The notes under the pieces were generated by a model that ran no database searches, was not told the origin of the DNA, and worked only from the letters and a program-made list of their open reading frames with translations. Positions 46,958-56,587 of a stretch of DNA of 64,000 nt are shown here, piece after piece; position 1 is the first letter of the stretch; each line of letters opens with the position of its first letter. A program made the translations under genes and the position numbers. Source of the DNA: an uncultured Fibrobacterota bacterium (GTDB lineage: Bacteria; Fibrobacterota; Chitinivibrionia; Chitinivibrionales; FEN-1185); contig CAVWBU010000016.1 in the NCBI GenBank assembly GCA_963753345.1, positions 128,001 to 192,000 of the forward strand, written 5' to 3'.

Positions 46958-47200
46958 TCATGAGCTTTCGATGATCTCGCCGTTAGAAATTTCTAAGGAC
47001 GGCAGCGGAAGTGAAACATGTGGTTGATGGAATACTTCATTACCATATCGGAAATCGCACCGGACACCGTATCCTTTTCGAACCTGATTGCAGAAATGAC
47101 TTGCACCTATTCGGGTTCGAAAGGAAAGAAAACGTGCTGTTGCGGCAATTTTGCTGCATACGCAGTCCATTTCTAACAAGACCATCACACGATTCTAAAG
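46958..47200. promoter_or_regulatory. Divergent putative Pho-box arrays
   Basis: Leftward CATGAG/GATGAT/CGTTAG/TCTAAG (A at 46963, 46974, 46985, 46996). Rightward CTAACA/ATCACA/CTAAAG at 47173, 47184, 47195. Confidence 0.55.
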
Positions 47201-47221
47201 AATGAAGTTTAGTTTTATTGA

Positions 47222-47613
47222 ATGAACAGATATGATATCTTGATTGTCGAAGACGATCCGTTCATCAGCGAGCTTATTGTGGTCACGCTCTCATCAACGT
47301 TTTATGCCATAACCTGTGTCGACACCGGCACCAAGGCCTTTACACAACTCTCTGAACATAAACCCGACCTCGTCCTGCTCGACATACTGATTCCTAACCC
47401 GACGGCTGGGCCGTCTACAAGGCCATCCGAAAAAACCCCGAACTTTCAAATACCAAGGTAATCATTCTCACTGCCTTGCCAATAGGGCGCGAGGCACTGC
47501 GGCAGAAAAACATCCAGCCGACAGACGCGTTCATGACAAAACCGTTCGAACTGGACGAGTTACGGATGAAAGTGAATACCATGCTTTCCGGCGCAGCGGC
47601 AAACCCGGGTTGA
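47222..47613 (+). CDS. Single-domain response regulator (frameshift near 47400)
   Basis: ILIVEDD, PDLVLLDI, then VIILTA, FMTKPFELDEL. Confidence 0.82.
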
Positions 47614-47654
47614 CGCCGCCGGCGATTCGGGCCGCGTTTTTTCCTGAAAAACGG

Positions 47655-48203
47655 TTATTTCCCCGCACTGCGACGACCGGCGTCCGTTTTATTCACGGAC
47701 ACCGGCTTCGTTGCCTCCCGCCGCCGAACAACGTTCTTTCCTGGTATCGGCGTCAGCGTTTGAGACCGCTCATGTTTTTCCTTCCGTATTCCGGCCGCCT
47801 CCTCATCCTGCTTGCGGCAGGCTTCCATGAGAAGCATCATCGGGTTCTCGCGGATTGTCGTTGTCACGCCGGCAGGCTCACCCGAAAAGAACGAAAATTC
47901 CCCTTTTGTAATCCTGAGCGCCTTCCAGAGAGCACTGTGGCCGCCGTCAATGCCGGTTTCCGCATGCACGATGTTGCCGCCATGCACGAATACCGTGCAG
48001 GGGACCGCGTGCGTTCCCATTCCCTCCGGGTAAAGTTCGAGCCTTCCGGTCTTCGCGGTCTGCACGAGCAGTTGCACCACGTCAAAAACACAGCATTCGT
48101 CAAGCTGTCCCTGCAAACCGGCACCCGGGCGCTGGCGCAACATCCCCTGCGGTGCAATCGACGCCACGCCGACTTTTTCTATCCAATCCGGCAAATGGTC
48201 CAT
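47655..48203 (-). CDS. DUF4388 domain protein
   Basis: LQGQLDE..VFDVVQLL...KTGRL, GNIVHA, GEFSF, MLLMEACRKQDE. Confidence 0.85.
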   Translation of the reverse strand: MDHLPDWIEKVGVASIAPQGMLRQRPGAGLQGQLDECCVFDVVQLLVQTAKTGRLELYPEGMGTHAVPCTVFVHGGNIVHAETGIDGGHSALWKALRITKGEFSFFSGEPAGVTTTIRENPMMLLMEACRKQDEEAAGIRKEKHERSQTLTPIPGKNVVRRREATKPVSVNKTDAGRRSAGK

Positions 48204-48249
48204 ATGTTTCTCCCGTATGGGTGGTTACCATAAATAAAATGTCAAGATG

Positions 48250-48289
48250 AAATTAGGGGATTCTGATGGTTTCGTTAGAATTCCGCGAG
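48250..48289 (-). promoter_or_regulatory. Putative Pho-box array
   Basis: AATTAG/TCTGAT/CGTTAG/CGCGAG, A at 48255, 48266, 48277, 48288. Confidence 0.65.
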
Positions 48290-48294
48290 TAGTA

Positions 48295-48465
48295 ATGAAC
48301 TACCCCGCAGCAAGCTGCGAGGTATCCAAAACCTACAACTCGCCCCTTAATCCCCTCTCTTGTGCCCCTTCCGGCATCCCTGAAGAGGGAAAAGAGAGGG
48401 GAAACCGAGCGAAGCGAGGAGGGGTGAGTTTAAGTCGAAGCAAGCTTCGAGGAATTAGACCCACT
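48295..48465 (+). mobile_element. IS200/IS605-type miniature element with nested palindromic repeat
   Basis: ATGAACTACCCCGCAGCAAGCTGCGAGG ... TCGAAGCAAGCTTCGAGGAATT ends; inner AACTCGCCCC...CCCCTCTCTT...AAGAGAGGGG...GGGGTGAGTT. Confidence 0.6.
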
Positions 48466-48510
48466 GTGATAAAAAAGTCACCCGTGGCCGGCACCACCTT
48501 GCGTGCGCCC

Positions 48511-49791
48511 TCATCGCATGGTTTGCCGCGTCGGATTATAATACCCGATCTTCACATGAGGGAACCTTCGCTTCACCTCATGCACCCAGTGAATCATGCC
48601 CTTTGATGCACCCCGCATTTCCCCTAGCCCGATCGCATTTTTATACCATTCCGGATCGATGTTGAGATTTCGTGTCTGGATCATATCGATTCCTATCTTC
48701 CGGATCAGTTTTCCAAGCGCGGCAATCTCCGACGTATGGTCGGTAAAACCGGGGAAAACAAGATAGTTGATTGAAACCCAGACAGAATGTCGTTTCGCGA
48801 TTATTATGGATTCTCGCACATCGCTAAACGAGTACTCTTTCGGCCGGTAATAGCCGCTGTAAAAATCAGGTTGCGCCGAATTGAGACTCACCCGCATGCT
48901 GTTGAGACCTGCTTTGCAGAGCCGTTCAATTTCAGCAGGCAGGCTTGCATTGGTATTCATGTTGATGACGCCGCGTTTTGTTCGTAGCCGGATTTTTCGG
49001 ATCGACTCTTCAACAACGTCCGCGGCAAGCAGTGGCTCGCCTTCGCATCCCTGTCCAAAACTCGCAATGGGATTTGACGCATGTGCAAGGTGAGGAACAA
49101 CATACTCAACGATGTCGGTGGCCGAAGGCGTGAAATCCAGCCTATGCTGGGTCGAAGGAATACAGGAGCCCCGAGGCTGATAAGAGATGCATCCGACACA
49201 GGAGGCGTTGCAGTGCCGGCTCACCGGCACAGGGCATTCCCATCTGCCAAGCACAAGGTTGCAGGCATTGGGGCAGCGATATTTCAAGACACAGTTGTTG
49301 ACGAGGTGGCCGATGAGGCGGTTATTGGGAAACCGCCTGAGAAATTTCAATGCTTTTTCATCAATTATCGGGAACTTTTTGTCGGGAATGTCATGCCGCA
49401 GCTGCCGGTCCACCCTATGGCCGGCAACGTAGAATTTTCCATCGCGCCAACCTACTGCGGCATAGCAATAGAGGGGCAGCCTAGGCACATCGATACTTTC
49501 GCGGTAGGCTGCATGTGCGGTGCAGATGTATCCGGGCGGCATGAAAGCGGCAACAGCAAAAACCATTTTCCCGGCGAACCGGGGCACTTCCACGAGCATT
49601 CCTCTTTGAAAATCAAACCCTACGGAAACGCGCAAAGGCAGTGCCAACAGAATGCTTGAGTGCGGAAGTGGGATGAGGCTTTCTTCATCCGGCACCGCGG
49701 GTCCGTGCAGAGAAGAGCCGGTCATTGACAATCCGGGGACGTCAATAACTTGGCCCTTTTCGTCTGCGATTACAAGGCAAGGTGATTTCAT
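48511..49791 (-). CDS. Radical SAM protein
   Basis: CNASCVGC, SFGQGCEGEPLL, NTNAS, RVSLNS. Confidence 0.88.
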   Translation of the reverse strand: MKSPCLVIADEKGQVIDVPGLSMTGSSLHGPAVPDEESLIPLPHSSILLALPLRVSVGFDFQRGMLVEVPRFAGKMVFAVAAFMPPGYICTAHAAYRESIDVPRLPLYCYAAVGWRDGKFYVAGHRVDRQLRHDIPDKKFPIIDEKALKFLRRFPNNRLIGHLVNNCVLKYRCPNACNLVLGRWECPVPVSRHCNASCVGCISYQPRGSCIPSTQHRLDFTPSATDIVEYVVPHLAHASNPIASFGQGCEGEPLLAADVVEESIRKIRLRTKRGVINMNTNASLPAEIERLCKAGLNSMRVSLNSAQPDFYSGYYRPKEYSFSDVRESIIIAKRHSVWVSINYLVFPGFTDHTSEIAALGKLIRKIGIDMIQTRNLNIDPEWYKNAIGLGEMRGASKGMIHWVHEVKRRFPHVKIGYYNPTRQTMR

Positions 49792-49894
49792 GAAGGAGAA
49801 AATACATTTTACTGGCCAATGGCCCCAACGATGATATTCGAAGAGGATTCATGAGGGGGGAAGCTTAGCCTGTCTCGAAACCCAGTCTAAGAAC

Positions 49895-50026
49895 TGGGCG
49901 CCTGCCTTCGGCACCGGTTCTCCTTCCGGTCTCGGCCACGGCCTCGGGCTGCCACGGCCCTATGGCCCACAGGGCCGGGTCCGGGCAGCATCCCGCTCTA
50001 GCGGGACCTCCAGTCGCCCCTGGCGC
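49895..50026 (+). repeat. Structured repeat family A, copy 1 (Flavo-1-like)
   Basis: TGGGCGCC...CTCCTTCCGGTCTCGGCC...CCTCCAGTC...CCTGGCGC; homologous to 51933..52069. Confidence 0.75.
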
Positions 50027-50124
50027 GCGGAAGAAGAATGCCTAAAAGAAAAGCAATTCCTTTTTGCGCAGCTTTAAATTCGAGGAATACTGACGGATGA
50101 TTCTTGCTTCTCTACTTTTTAATA

Positions 50125-50238
50125 TTGAAGAACCCCGCCCCGAGTGGCGGGGATTCTTCCATGCTAAGGAAAAATAATTGTAATTCGCCCGCTAACCCCG
50201 CGCCAAGTCGCGGGGATTGCGCGGGCTGTGGCATTCAA
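50125..50238 (+). mobile_element. 114-bp IS200/IS605-type miniature element (long form)
   Basis: TTGAAG-hairpin1-spacer-hairpin2-TTCAA. Confidence 0.65.
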
Positions 50239-50330
50239 CTATTCAACGTTTCAAATTTTCAACTGCTCTTCGTGGGTGCCGCCACAGCAATGAATGGTCT
50301 TGCAACTACATTGTCAAGGCGGCTACCCGA

Positions 50331-50401
50331 GAGGGGGTAGCGCAGGACGCCGCAGGCCGAAGGCCGAGGAGGCCGGAGCGAGGGGGAGCCTTCCCCCACA
50401 A
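50331..50401 (-). repeat. Structured repeat family B, partial copy
   Basis: GAGGGGGTAGCG.AGGAC.CCGCAG-hairpin-GAGGAGGCCG.AGCGAGGGGGA shared with 61010..61186. Confidence 0.7.
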
Positions 50402-50482
50402 GAAATAACTTGTGGACGAACTCGCTTTGTTCAAGAGGTATATTTTTATCTCTAAACTCAAAACCAAAGGAGATTATTGATC

Positions 50483-51664
50483 ATGAAAATGAGAACCATT
50501 CGAGAAAACGTGTATTTCGGCGGCTCGATTGATTGGGACAGGCGCCTTTTCGACTCTCTTATTCCTCTTCCCGACGGCACGAGCTACAATTCCTATCTTG
50601 TAAAGGGCAGCGAAAAGACCGCGCTCATCGACACCGTGGACCCGGCAAAATCCGACACGCTTATGGACCAGCTTGTAGGAGTGGAAAACCTTGACTATCT
50701 GGTGGCGCACCACGCGGAGCAGGACCATGCAGGCTCAATTCCCCTCGTGTTGGCAAAGTATCCCAAGGCCAAGCTCCTGGCCTCGCCCAAGGGCAAGGGC
50801 CTGATTGTGGATCATCTGCATGTTGACGAAAACAGAATCACGGCGGTCGGCGACAACGAGACGGTCTCGCTCGGCAACCGCACGCTCCGCTTTGTCCATA
50901 CGCCGTGGGTCCATTGGCCCGAGACCATGGTTACCTATCTTGCCGAGGAGAGAATCCTTTTCACCTGCGACTTCTTCGGTTCGCATCTCGCAACCACCGA
51001 CATGTACGCACACGACGAAGGCCGGGTGTACGAGGCGGCAAAGCGGTACTACGCGGAAATCATGATGCCGTTTCGCCATACCATCCGCAGCAACCTGGAA
51101 AAACTCAAGGGCCTGTCCATCGACATCATCGCGCCGAGCCACGGACCCGCGTACGACAAACCGGCGTTCATCATGGACGCCTACAAGGACTGGATCGCAG
51201 ACGATCCCAAGAACCAGGTTGTTATTCCCTACGTGTCAATGCACGGCAGCACCAGGCTGCTGGTTGAGCGGCTCGTCGGGTCGCTTGCGCAAAAGGGAAT
51301 CGCGGTGTTCCAGTTCGATCTTGCCGACACCGACCTCGGGAAACTCGCCATTTCGCTTGTCGACGCGGCGACCATTGTAGTGGGAACGCCCACGGTGCAC
51401 GTGGGGCCGCACCCTGCCGTGCTGTACGCTGCAACACTTGCCAATGCCCTGCGCCCCAAGGCGCTGTTCGCCTCGGTGGTCGGTTCATACGGATGGGCGG
51501 GAAAGGCCGCGGAGCAGATCGTTGCCGCTCTCCCCAATCTCAAGGTTGAGGTGCTTTCTCCGGTCATATGCAAGGGAATGCCGAGGGCAGCGGATTTCGA
51601 GGCGGTGGAGAAGCTGGCGGCTACAATATTTGAAAAGCATAAAGTAAGGGGCCTTGCAAGATAA
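50483..51664 (+). CDS. fprA: Flavodiiron protein (FprA/A-type flavoprotein)
   Basis: GTSYNSYL, HAEQDH, HWPE, CDFFG, PSHG, flavodoxin SMHGST. Confidence 0.95.
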   Translation: MKMRTIRENVYFGGSIDWDRRLFDSLIPLPDGTSYNSYLVKGSEKTALIDTVDPAKSDTLMDQLVGVENLDYLVAHHAEQDHAGSIPLVLAKYPKAKLLASPKGKGLIVDHLHVDENRITAVGDNETVSLGNRTLRFVHTPWVHWPETMVTYLAEERILFTCDFFGSHLATTDMYAHDEGRVYEAAKRYYAEIMMPFRHTIRSNLEKLKGLSIDIIAPSHGPAYDKPAFIMDAYKDWIADDPKNQVVIPYVSMHGSTRLLVERLVGSLAQKGIAVFQFDLADTDLGKLAISLVDAATIVVGTPTVHVGPHPAVLYAATLANALRPKALFASVVGSYGWAGKAAEQIVAALPNLKVEVLSPVICKGMPRAADFEAVEKLAATIFEKHKVRGLAR

Positions 51665-51675
51665 TAAAAGAAACG

Positions 51676-51810
51676 TGGGCGTTCCCCGGCCTTTGGCCGG
51701 GTCGGTCTCCCTGCGGGCTCGGCTGTTCGCCTCGTTGCCGGACCGCCCTATGCCTATCGGCCGGGTCGGCCGGCAATTCGCTCCAGCTCACCCTCCAGTC
51801 CACCTAACGC
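51676..51810 (+). repeat. Structured repeat family A, copy 2
   Basis: TGGGCGTT...GGTCTCCCTGCGGGCTCGGC...CCTCCAGTCCACCTAACGC; near-identical to 61271..61428. Confidence 0.8.
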
Positions 51811-51932
51811 GCGACAACTGAAATGTCTTCTGCCAAGTACTATTACTTGCGCCATGTTGGATTCCCAGCAAACAGCAAAGAAGCCTCTTATTAGTCAAGG
51901 ATGAGGTGATTGTGGAGATGCCCCGCTGCCAA

Positions 51933-52069
51933 GCGCCAGGCAGGACTGGAGGCCGCGCTGGAGCGCGGTGCTGCCTGACCACGGCCCGCAGGGCCTTTGT
52001 GGCAGGCAGCCCGAGGCCGTAGGCCGAGACCGGAAGGAGGGCCGCCGCTGCGAAGCAGCGGGGCGCCCA
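51933..52069 (-). repeat. Structured repeat family A, copy 3
   Basis: Reverse complement matches copy 1. Confidence 0.75.
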
Positions 52070-52198
52070 TTTTTTTCTTGCAACCAAGTACTTTACGCGC
52101 ACACTCATCTCCCCCTTTGGTTTTGCCCCACGAAAATGTATTTTAGGAAGAAGTAACCTTTCAGTTCTGTCACGTGCAATGCTTTGTGTGAGGACCCA

Positions 52199-53071
52199 AT
52201 GAGAAAAATTGTTCTTCTGTCAATCCTCGCCGCGGCGTGCGTCGCCCCGGCGTTCGCCGAAACCCATCTGTCGGGCGACATCAAGGCCGCCGCGCTCGAC
52301 TCCAGCGGCAACCCCTACATCGTGGACCAGGACGTGGTGGTGCCCGCGGGAAAGAAGCTTGTCATCAAGGAAGGCTGTGTCCTGCTGTTCAAGGGTTTTA
52401 CGGGCCTCAACGTTGCCGGACAGCTCCATGTGGCGGGCACGGCAAAGCGGCCGGTGGTGTTCACCTCGGTGAACGACGGCGACTTCAACCCGAAAAGCGA
52501 CCAGCTTCCCAACCCGTTCGACTGGAACGGAATCCTTGTCGCAAAGGAATCGGCCGGCGCCCTGCTCGAAAACTTCAACCTGCGGTATTCGGTATACGGT
52601 GTCAAGTCGCAGACCACCAACGTGTCGGTGCAGAACGGCGTTTTCCGCCAGAACGGCCAGTTCCATTTCACCATCAACGAGAAGATACAGTACGTTCAGG
52701 ACAACATTCCCTTTACCTACACCGGTACCTCTGCCGACGTGGAAAAGCCTTCAGCGTCGGTTTCTGGTGAGAACAGCGCAAAGGCGCCAAAGAAGACGGA
52801 AAAACCGGGGCACGCCACGCTTGTCTTCCGCTACACATCCCTGTGCGTCGGGGTGGTTGGGGTTGCAGCAGGTTCAGTCATGCTTGTTCCATGGAGCAAT
52901 TCGAAGAAAAACTTGGATTCTGGTTATGTGTACTCGCATTATCCCGACCAACCAACAACCAAATGGAATGAAATAAGCGCCAGCGTCAACGGCTGGGGCG
53001 CCGGCTCCGTCATTGCATACACACTCGGCCTGCTTGGCCTTGTCGGCTTCGGCGTCTCGTTCGCGTTCTAG
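52199..53071 (+). CDS. Hypothetical exported protein, beta-helix-like N-domain and C-terminal hydrophobic segments
   Basis: Signal peptide; PYIVDQDVVV, GTAKRPVVFTS, FDWNGI. Confidence 0.7.
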   Translation: MRKIVLLSILAAACVAPAFAETHLSGDIKAAALDSSGNPYIVDQDVVVPAGKKLVIKEGCVLLFKGFTGLNVAGQLHVAGTAKRPVVFTSVNDGDFNPKSDQLPNPFDWNGILVAKESAGALLENFNLRYSVYGVKSQTTNVSVQNGVFRQNGQFHFTINEKIQYVQDNIPFTYTGTSADVEKPSASVSGENSAKAPKKTEKPGHATLVFRYTSLCVGVVGVAAGSVMLVPWSNSKKNLDSGYVYSHYPDQPTTKWNEISASVNGWGAGSVIAYTLGLLGLVGFGVSFAF

Positions 53072-53075
53072 CCAC

Positions 53076-54263
53076 ATGGACCGCTTTTCCGGCTACATAG
53101 AAGGTTTTTACGGGAGAATGCTTTCGTGGGACGAGCGGCGGCTCGTGTGCGATTGCATGGATCAGCTTTCCCTCAATACCTATGTTTACGCGCCCAAGGA
53201 AGACCCGTATCATCGGGCCGCCTGGAGAGCTCCCTACCCGTCAAGCTGGATCAGGGAATTCCGCGCCTTCAACATGCACGCCACGCGAAAAAACATCCGG
53301 GTAATTCCCTGTATCGCGCCCGGACTTTCCTTTGATTATACAAGCCGGTCGGATTACTCCACGCTCCTGAAAAAACTGTCGGCATTCGCAGACTGCGGTT
53401 GCCGGACCCTCGCGCTGCTTATGGATGATATTCCGCAAACGCTTCCGCACAAAAGCCGCGGCCGGTTTTCCTCGCTGGGCCAGGCGCACGGATTATTGGT
53501 CACGCTCCTCCTTGCGGATATCCGCAAACGCTATCCATTCGTGCAGATATGGTTCTGTCCTACAGTCTATACCGACCAATTCGCTCCCGAAGGAATACGG
53601 AACAGCGTCTACCTTAAAGACCTGAGCGCCTCGATCCCCAGGGACCTCCAGGTGTTGTGGACCGGTCAGTCGGTCATAGCAAAGACACTTGACAAAAAAG
53701 CACTCAGTGTCATTTCACACTTGTTCGGCGGCAATATCGTGGTCTGGGACAATCTGTACGCAAACGATTATTGCCCCTTTAGACTGTTTGCGGGCGCCTA
53801 TGCAGGCCGGTCTCGCACCATGTTCGATGTTGTCAACGGCGTTCTGCTCAATCCTACGGGAATGCCCTATACGGATTCGCTTCTGCTTGGCGTCCTTGCC
53901 GCATTCAATAAAAGCTTTTCACCGGAAAAAGCCTGGCGCATTGCCGCGCGGAAAGCAAAGGTTGATCCGGCGTTTCACACCGTGTCCCGGTTTTTCGTAC
54001 CGCCGCACTCACACGGTCGGTCGGATAAATTGACAAAGGCCAACATCACGAAGTACCGCAAGGCGCTTCATCACCTTATCTGGGAATGGAAGTCGCCGCT
54101 GCAGCGGGAATGGTATCCCTTCCTGTACATGCTCGAAACCAATCTTGCCTTGCTTGAAAAGCCTTCCGGCGCGCGCGAAACCGCGCGCGAAACGCAGAAC
54201 TGGATTGCCAGGAAATATCCGCCGGTGCTGTCGACAATCCTTTCGAACGGGAAGCGGCCATGA
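53076..54263 (+). CDS. GH84 beta-N-acetylglucosaminidase (O-GlcNAcase family)
   Basis: GYIEGFYG, YVYAPKEDPYHR, LLMDD, FCPTVY, WTG, WDNLYANDY. Confidence 0.9.
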   Translation: MDRFSGYIEGFYGRMLSWDERRLVCDCMDQLSLNTYVYAPKEDPYHRAAWRAPYPSSWIREFRAFNMHATRKNIRVIPCIAPGLSFDYTSRSDYSTLLKKLSAFADCGCRTLALLMDDIPQTLPHKSRGRFSSLGQAHGLLVTLLLADIRKRYPFVQIWFCPTVYTDQFAPEGIRNSVYLKDLSASIPRDLQVLWTGQSVIAKTLDKKALSVISHLFGGNIVVWDNLYANDYCPFRLFAGAYAGRSRTMFDVVNGVLLNPTGMPYTDSLLLGVLAAFNKSFSPEKAWRIAARKAKVDPAFHTVSRFFVPPHSHGRSDKLTKANITKYRKALHHLIWEWKSPLQREWYPFLYMLETNLALLEKPSGARETARETQNWIARKYPPVLSTILSNGKRP

Positions 54264-55006
54264 GTATGAGCGAAATTTCCCAAGCATGCGTCCAACTCAA
54301 ACTTGATTTGTTTAAGACACCCTCATTTGATGAACTCCTGTCACAAAAAGGCATTCAAAACGTAACGGTCATCATTACAAGACGCCTGCGGCGCGGATGG
54401 TACGCGAAGACGGACCGCAACACCGGCAGCCTCAGCCTGCATGTTCCGGCATATCTTGAGAACGCGCCCGAGGAAGTGAAACTGGCTCTTATCGATTGGA
54501 CGCTCTTGGCGTCGCGCCGGCGAAATGTCCTGCGCAAACGGCTCGAACAGCGGATCTTCTCATATATCAAGGAGCAGGGACTCGAAACACGCAACCGTTC
54601 CTTTGCCGACCCCTCGTCGTTCCGCGCCAAAGGTCACACCTACGATTTGGCGGAGGTATTCGATTTCGTCAACAAGACCTATTTCAACGGCACGGTGGCG
54701 TCGTACGTGCGCTGGAGCGCGCACCCGCTGCGCTCGTACCAGAGCGTGCGCACCGGTTCCGACGGCGGCCGTTACAACCTGATCACCATTGCGCAAATGT
54801 ACGACCGTCCCGGCGTGCCGCGCTTTGCCGTTGATGCCATTATGCACCACGAGATGCTGCACATTGCCTGCCCACCGCAGACCGGCGGCGCCAGGAACAG
54901 GATACACGGCCCGGAATTCAAGCGCAGGGAACGCATGTTTCCCCATTACCGCGACTGGGTGGAATGGGAACGGCGCTGTCTTAAACAGATGTCCCGGAGA
55001 GGTTGA
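54260..55006 (+). CDS. SprT-like zinc metalloprotease
   Basis: HHEMLH and HGPEFKRRE. Confidence 0.8.
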   Translation: MSMSEISQACVQLKLDLFKTPSFDELLSQKGIQNVTVIITRRLRRGWYAKTDRNTGSLSLHVPAYLENAPEEVKLALIDWTLLASRRRNVLRKRLEQRIFSYIKEQGLETRNRSFADPSSFRAKGHTYDLAEVFDFVNKTYFNGTVASYVRWSAHPLRSYQSVRTGSDGGRYNLITIAQMYDRPGVPRFAVDAIMHHEMLHIACPPQTGGARNRIHGPEFKRRERMFPHYRDWVEWERRCLKQMSRRG

Positions 55007-55009
55007 CTT

Positions 55010-56293
55010 ATGCAAATACCCGCCGGCCCGAAAGGGACCCGAGATTTCTATCCCGACGACATGGCCGTGCGCGAGGCCGTCTTCTCCTCCTGGCGTTCCA
55101 CGTGCGAACGGTACGGGTTCGAGCAGTTCGATGCGCCCATGTTCGAGCACCTCGATTTGTACACGCAGAAATCGGGCGACGAAATTGAAAAGCAGCTCTA
55201 TGTTTTCCAGGACAAGGCCGGTCGCTCGCTTGCCCTGCGGCCCGAGCTCACGCCTTCGCTCGCGCGCATGGTGGCGGCAAAGGGCAACAACCTCAAGCGG
55301 CCTGTCCGCTGGTATTCGATCCCCAGGCTTTTCCGCTACGAGAAGATGCAGAAGGGACGGCTCAGGGAGTTTTTCCAGCTCAACATGGACATCCTCGGCA
55401 TTTTTGAGACCTCGGCAGACGCGGAACTCATAGCGGCATCTGTTGACATGATGCGCGACCTCGGCTTTACCAATGCCGACTTCGGGGTCCATGTTTCGAG
55501 CCGAAGCCTGCTGGAACAGCTTTTCCTTTCCATGGGTATTCCGTCTGTCAAACTACCCGCACTGTATGCAGCCCTCGACAAGCGACACAAAGTTCCCAAA
55601 GAAGTGTTCGAGGCCGACCTTGCCGCTGCCGTTTCCCCGGAAGTAAGCCCCGCCGCGGTGAGCGAGGCACTCTCGGCGACATCCCTTGCCGACCTTGCCA
55701 GGCTCGGCGGCCCGATTCCGGCCGCAACCCAGCTCGAAGAACTGTTTACCCACATGGCCGGTTATGGTATGTCCGATTATGTTTCGTTTGATATCGGCAT
55801 CGTGCGCGGGCTCGCCTATTACACGGGCATTGTGTTCGAATTGTTCGACGCGAAACGCTCGCTCCGCGCCATTGCCGGCGGCGGCCGCTACGACAAGCTC
55901 GTAAAACTCTACGGCGGGCCCGACACGCCCGCCACCGGGTTCGCCGCGGGGGACGTGGTGCTCGGCGAAATGCTTCTCGAAAAGCAATTTACCGTTCAGA
56001 ACCGGCGCTCAAATGTCTTTCTCATTTCTTTCGACGAAAGCCATCCTGCCAACGCGATCCGGACCGCCACGGTCCTACGCAACGCCGGGATTTCCTGCGA
56101 ATTCAGCCTTAAAAAAACCGGCGCGGGCAAGCAGATGGAACAGGCCAACGCGGCGCGTTCTTTACTTGCGGTATTTATCGGCGGCGAAGAAGAAAAGACA
56201 GGGAATGTGCGGATGCGGAATATGAAGACCGGGGAAGAAAAGCTGGTTGCGAGAGGAGAATTGGTTTCCGCACTCAAGAAAGCGCTTGAGTGA
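55010..56293 (+). CDS. hisS: Histidine--tRNA ligase
   Basis: KGTRDFYP, LRPELT, RYEKMQKGRLREFFQ, RGLAYYTG, GGGRYD. Confidence 0.97.
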   Translation: MQIPAGPKGTRDFYPDDMAVREAVFSSWRSTCERYGFEQFDAPMFEHLDLYTQKSGDEIEKQLYVFQDKAGRSLALRPELTPSLARMVAAKGNNLKRPVRWYSIPRLFRYEKMQKGRLREFFQLNMDILGIFETSADAELIAASVDMMRDLGFTNADFGVHVSSRSLLEQLFLSMGIPSVKLPALYAALDKRHKVPKEVFEADLAAAVSPEVSPAAVSEALSATSLADLARLGGPIPAATQLEELFTHMAGYGMSDYVSFDIGIVRGLAYYTGIVFELFDAKRSLRAIAGGGRYDKLVKLYGGPDTPATGFAAGDVVLGEMLLEKQFTVQNRRSNVFLISFDESHPANAIRTATVLRNAGISCEFSLKKTGAGKQMEQANAARSLLAVFIGGEEEKTGNVRMRNMKTGEEKLVARGELVSALKKALE

Positions 56294-56399
56294 TGATAGG
56301 TCTTTAATGGAACATTGCTTCACTTCGTTCGCAATGACAATGTTATTTTTGATTCCATAAGCAGCACTTGTCAATCCGCACATTGGATTATTCTTGATT

Positions 56400-56581
56400 T
56401 TATCGCCGCGAAGCGGCATTCCTCTGAGGTTGCGTTGCGAAGGTGCGACGACGCGCGAGCGTAGTCGAGCGCCTTGGGCGCGCACCTTCGCAGGAAGGGG
56501 TGTGCCCCGAGACCCCGCAGGCGCGCTTCGCGCCGAGGAGGCTTGGGGCCAGGGGGCACCGCGTAGCGGTGCCCCCACCAA
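56400..56581 (-). repeat. Structured repeat family B, full copy
   Basis: Inverted homologue of 61010..61186. Confidence 0.8.
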
Positions 56582-56587
56582 TTTATT

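Noticed and set aside
48247..48606. Short ORFs over repeats (MNYPAASC..., 51621-51803, 61278-61460, N-terminal extension of pyk from 23461)
   Set aside because: Their peptide similarity derives from non-coding palindromic repeats.
51676..51810. Family A as integron attC sites (ACCTAAC/GTTAGGT core)
   Set aside because: The core motifs are in the wrong order, the other subtype lacks AAC, and there is no integrase or cassette array.
56314..56338. ATTGCTTCACTTCGTTCGCAATGAC, resembling half of a common palindromic repeat
   Set aside because: Single partial copy in the window; too little support.
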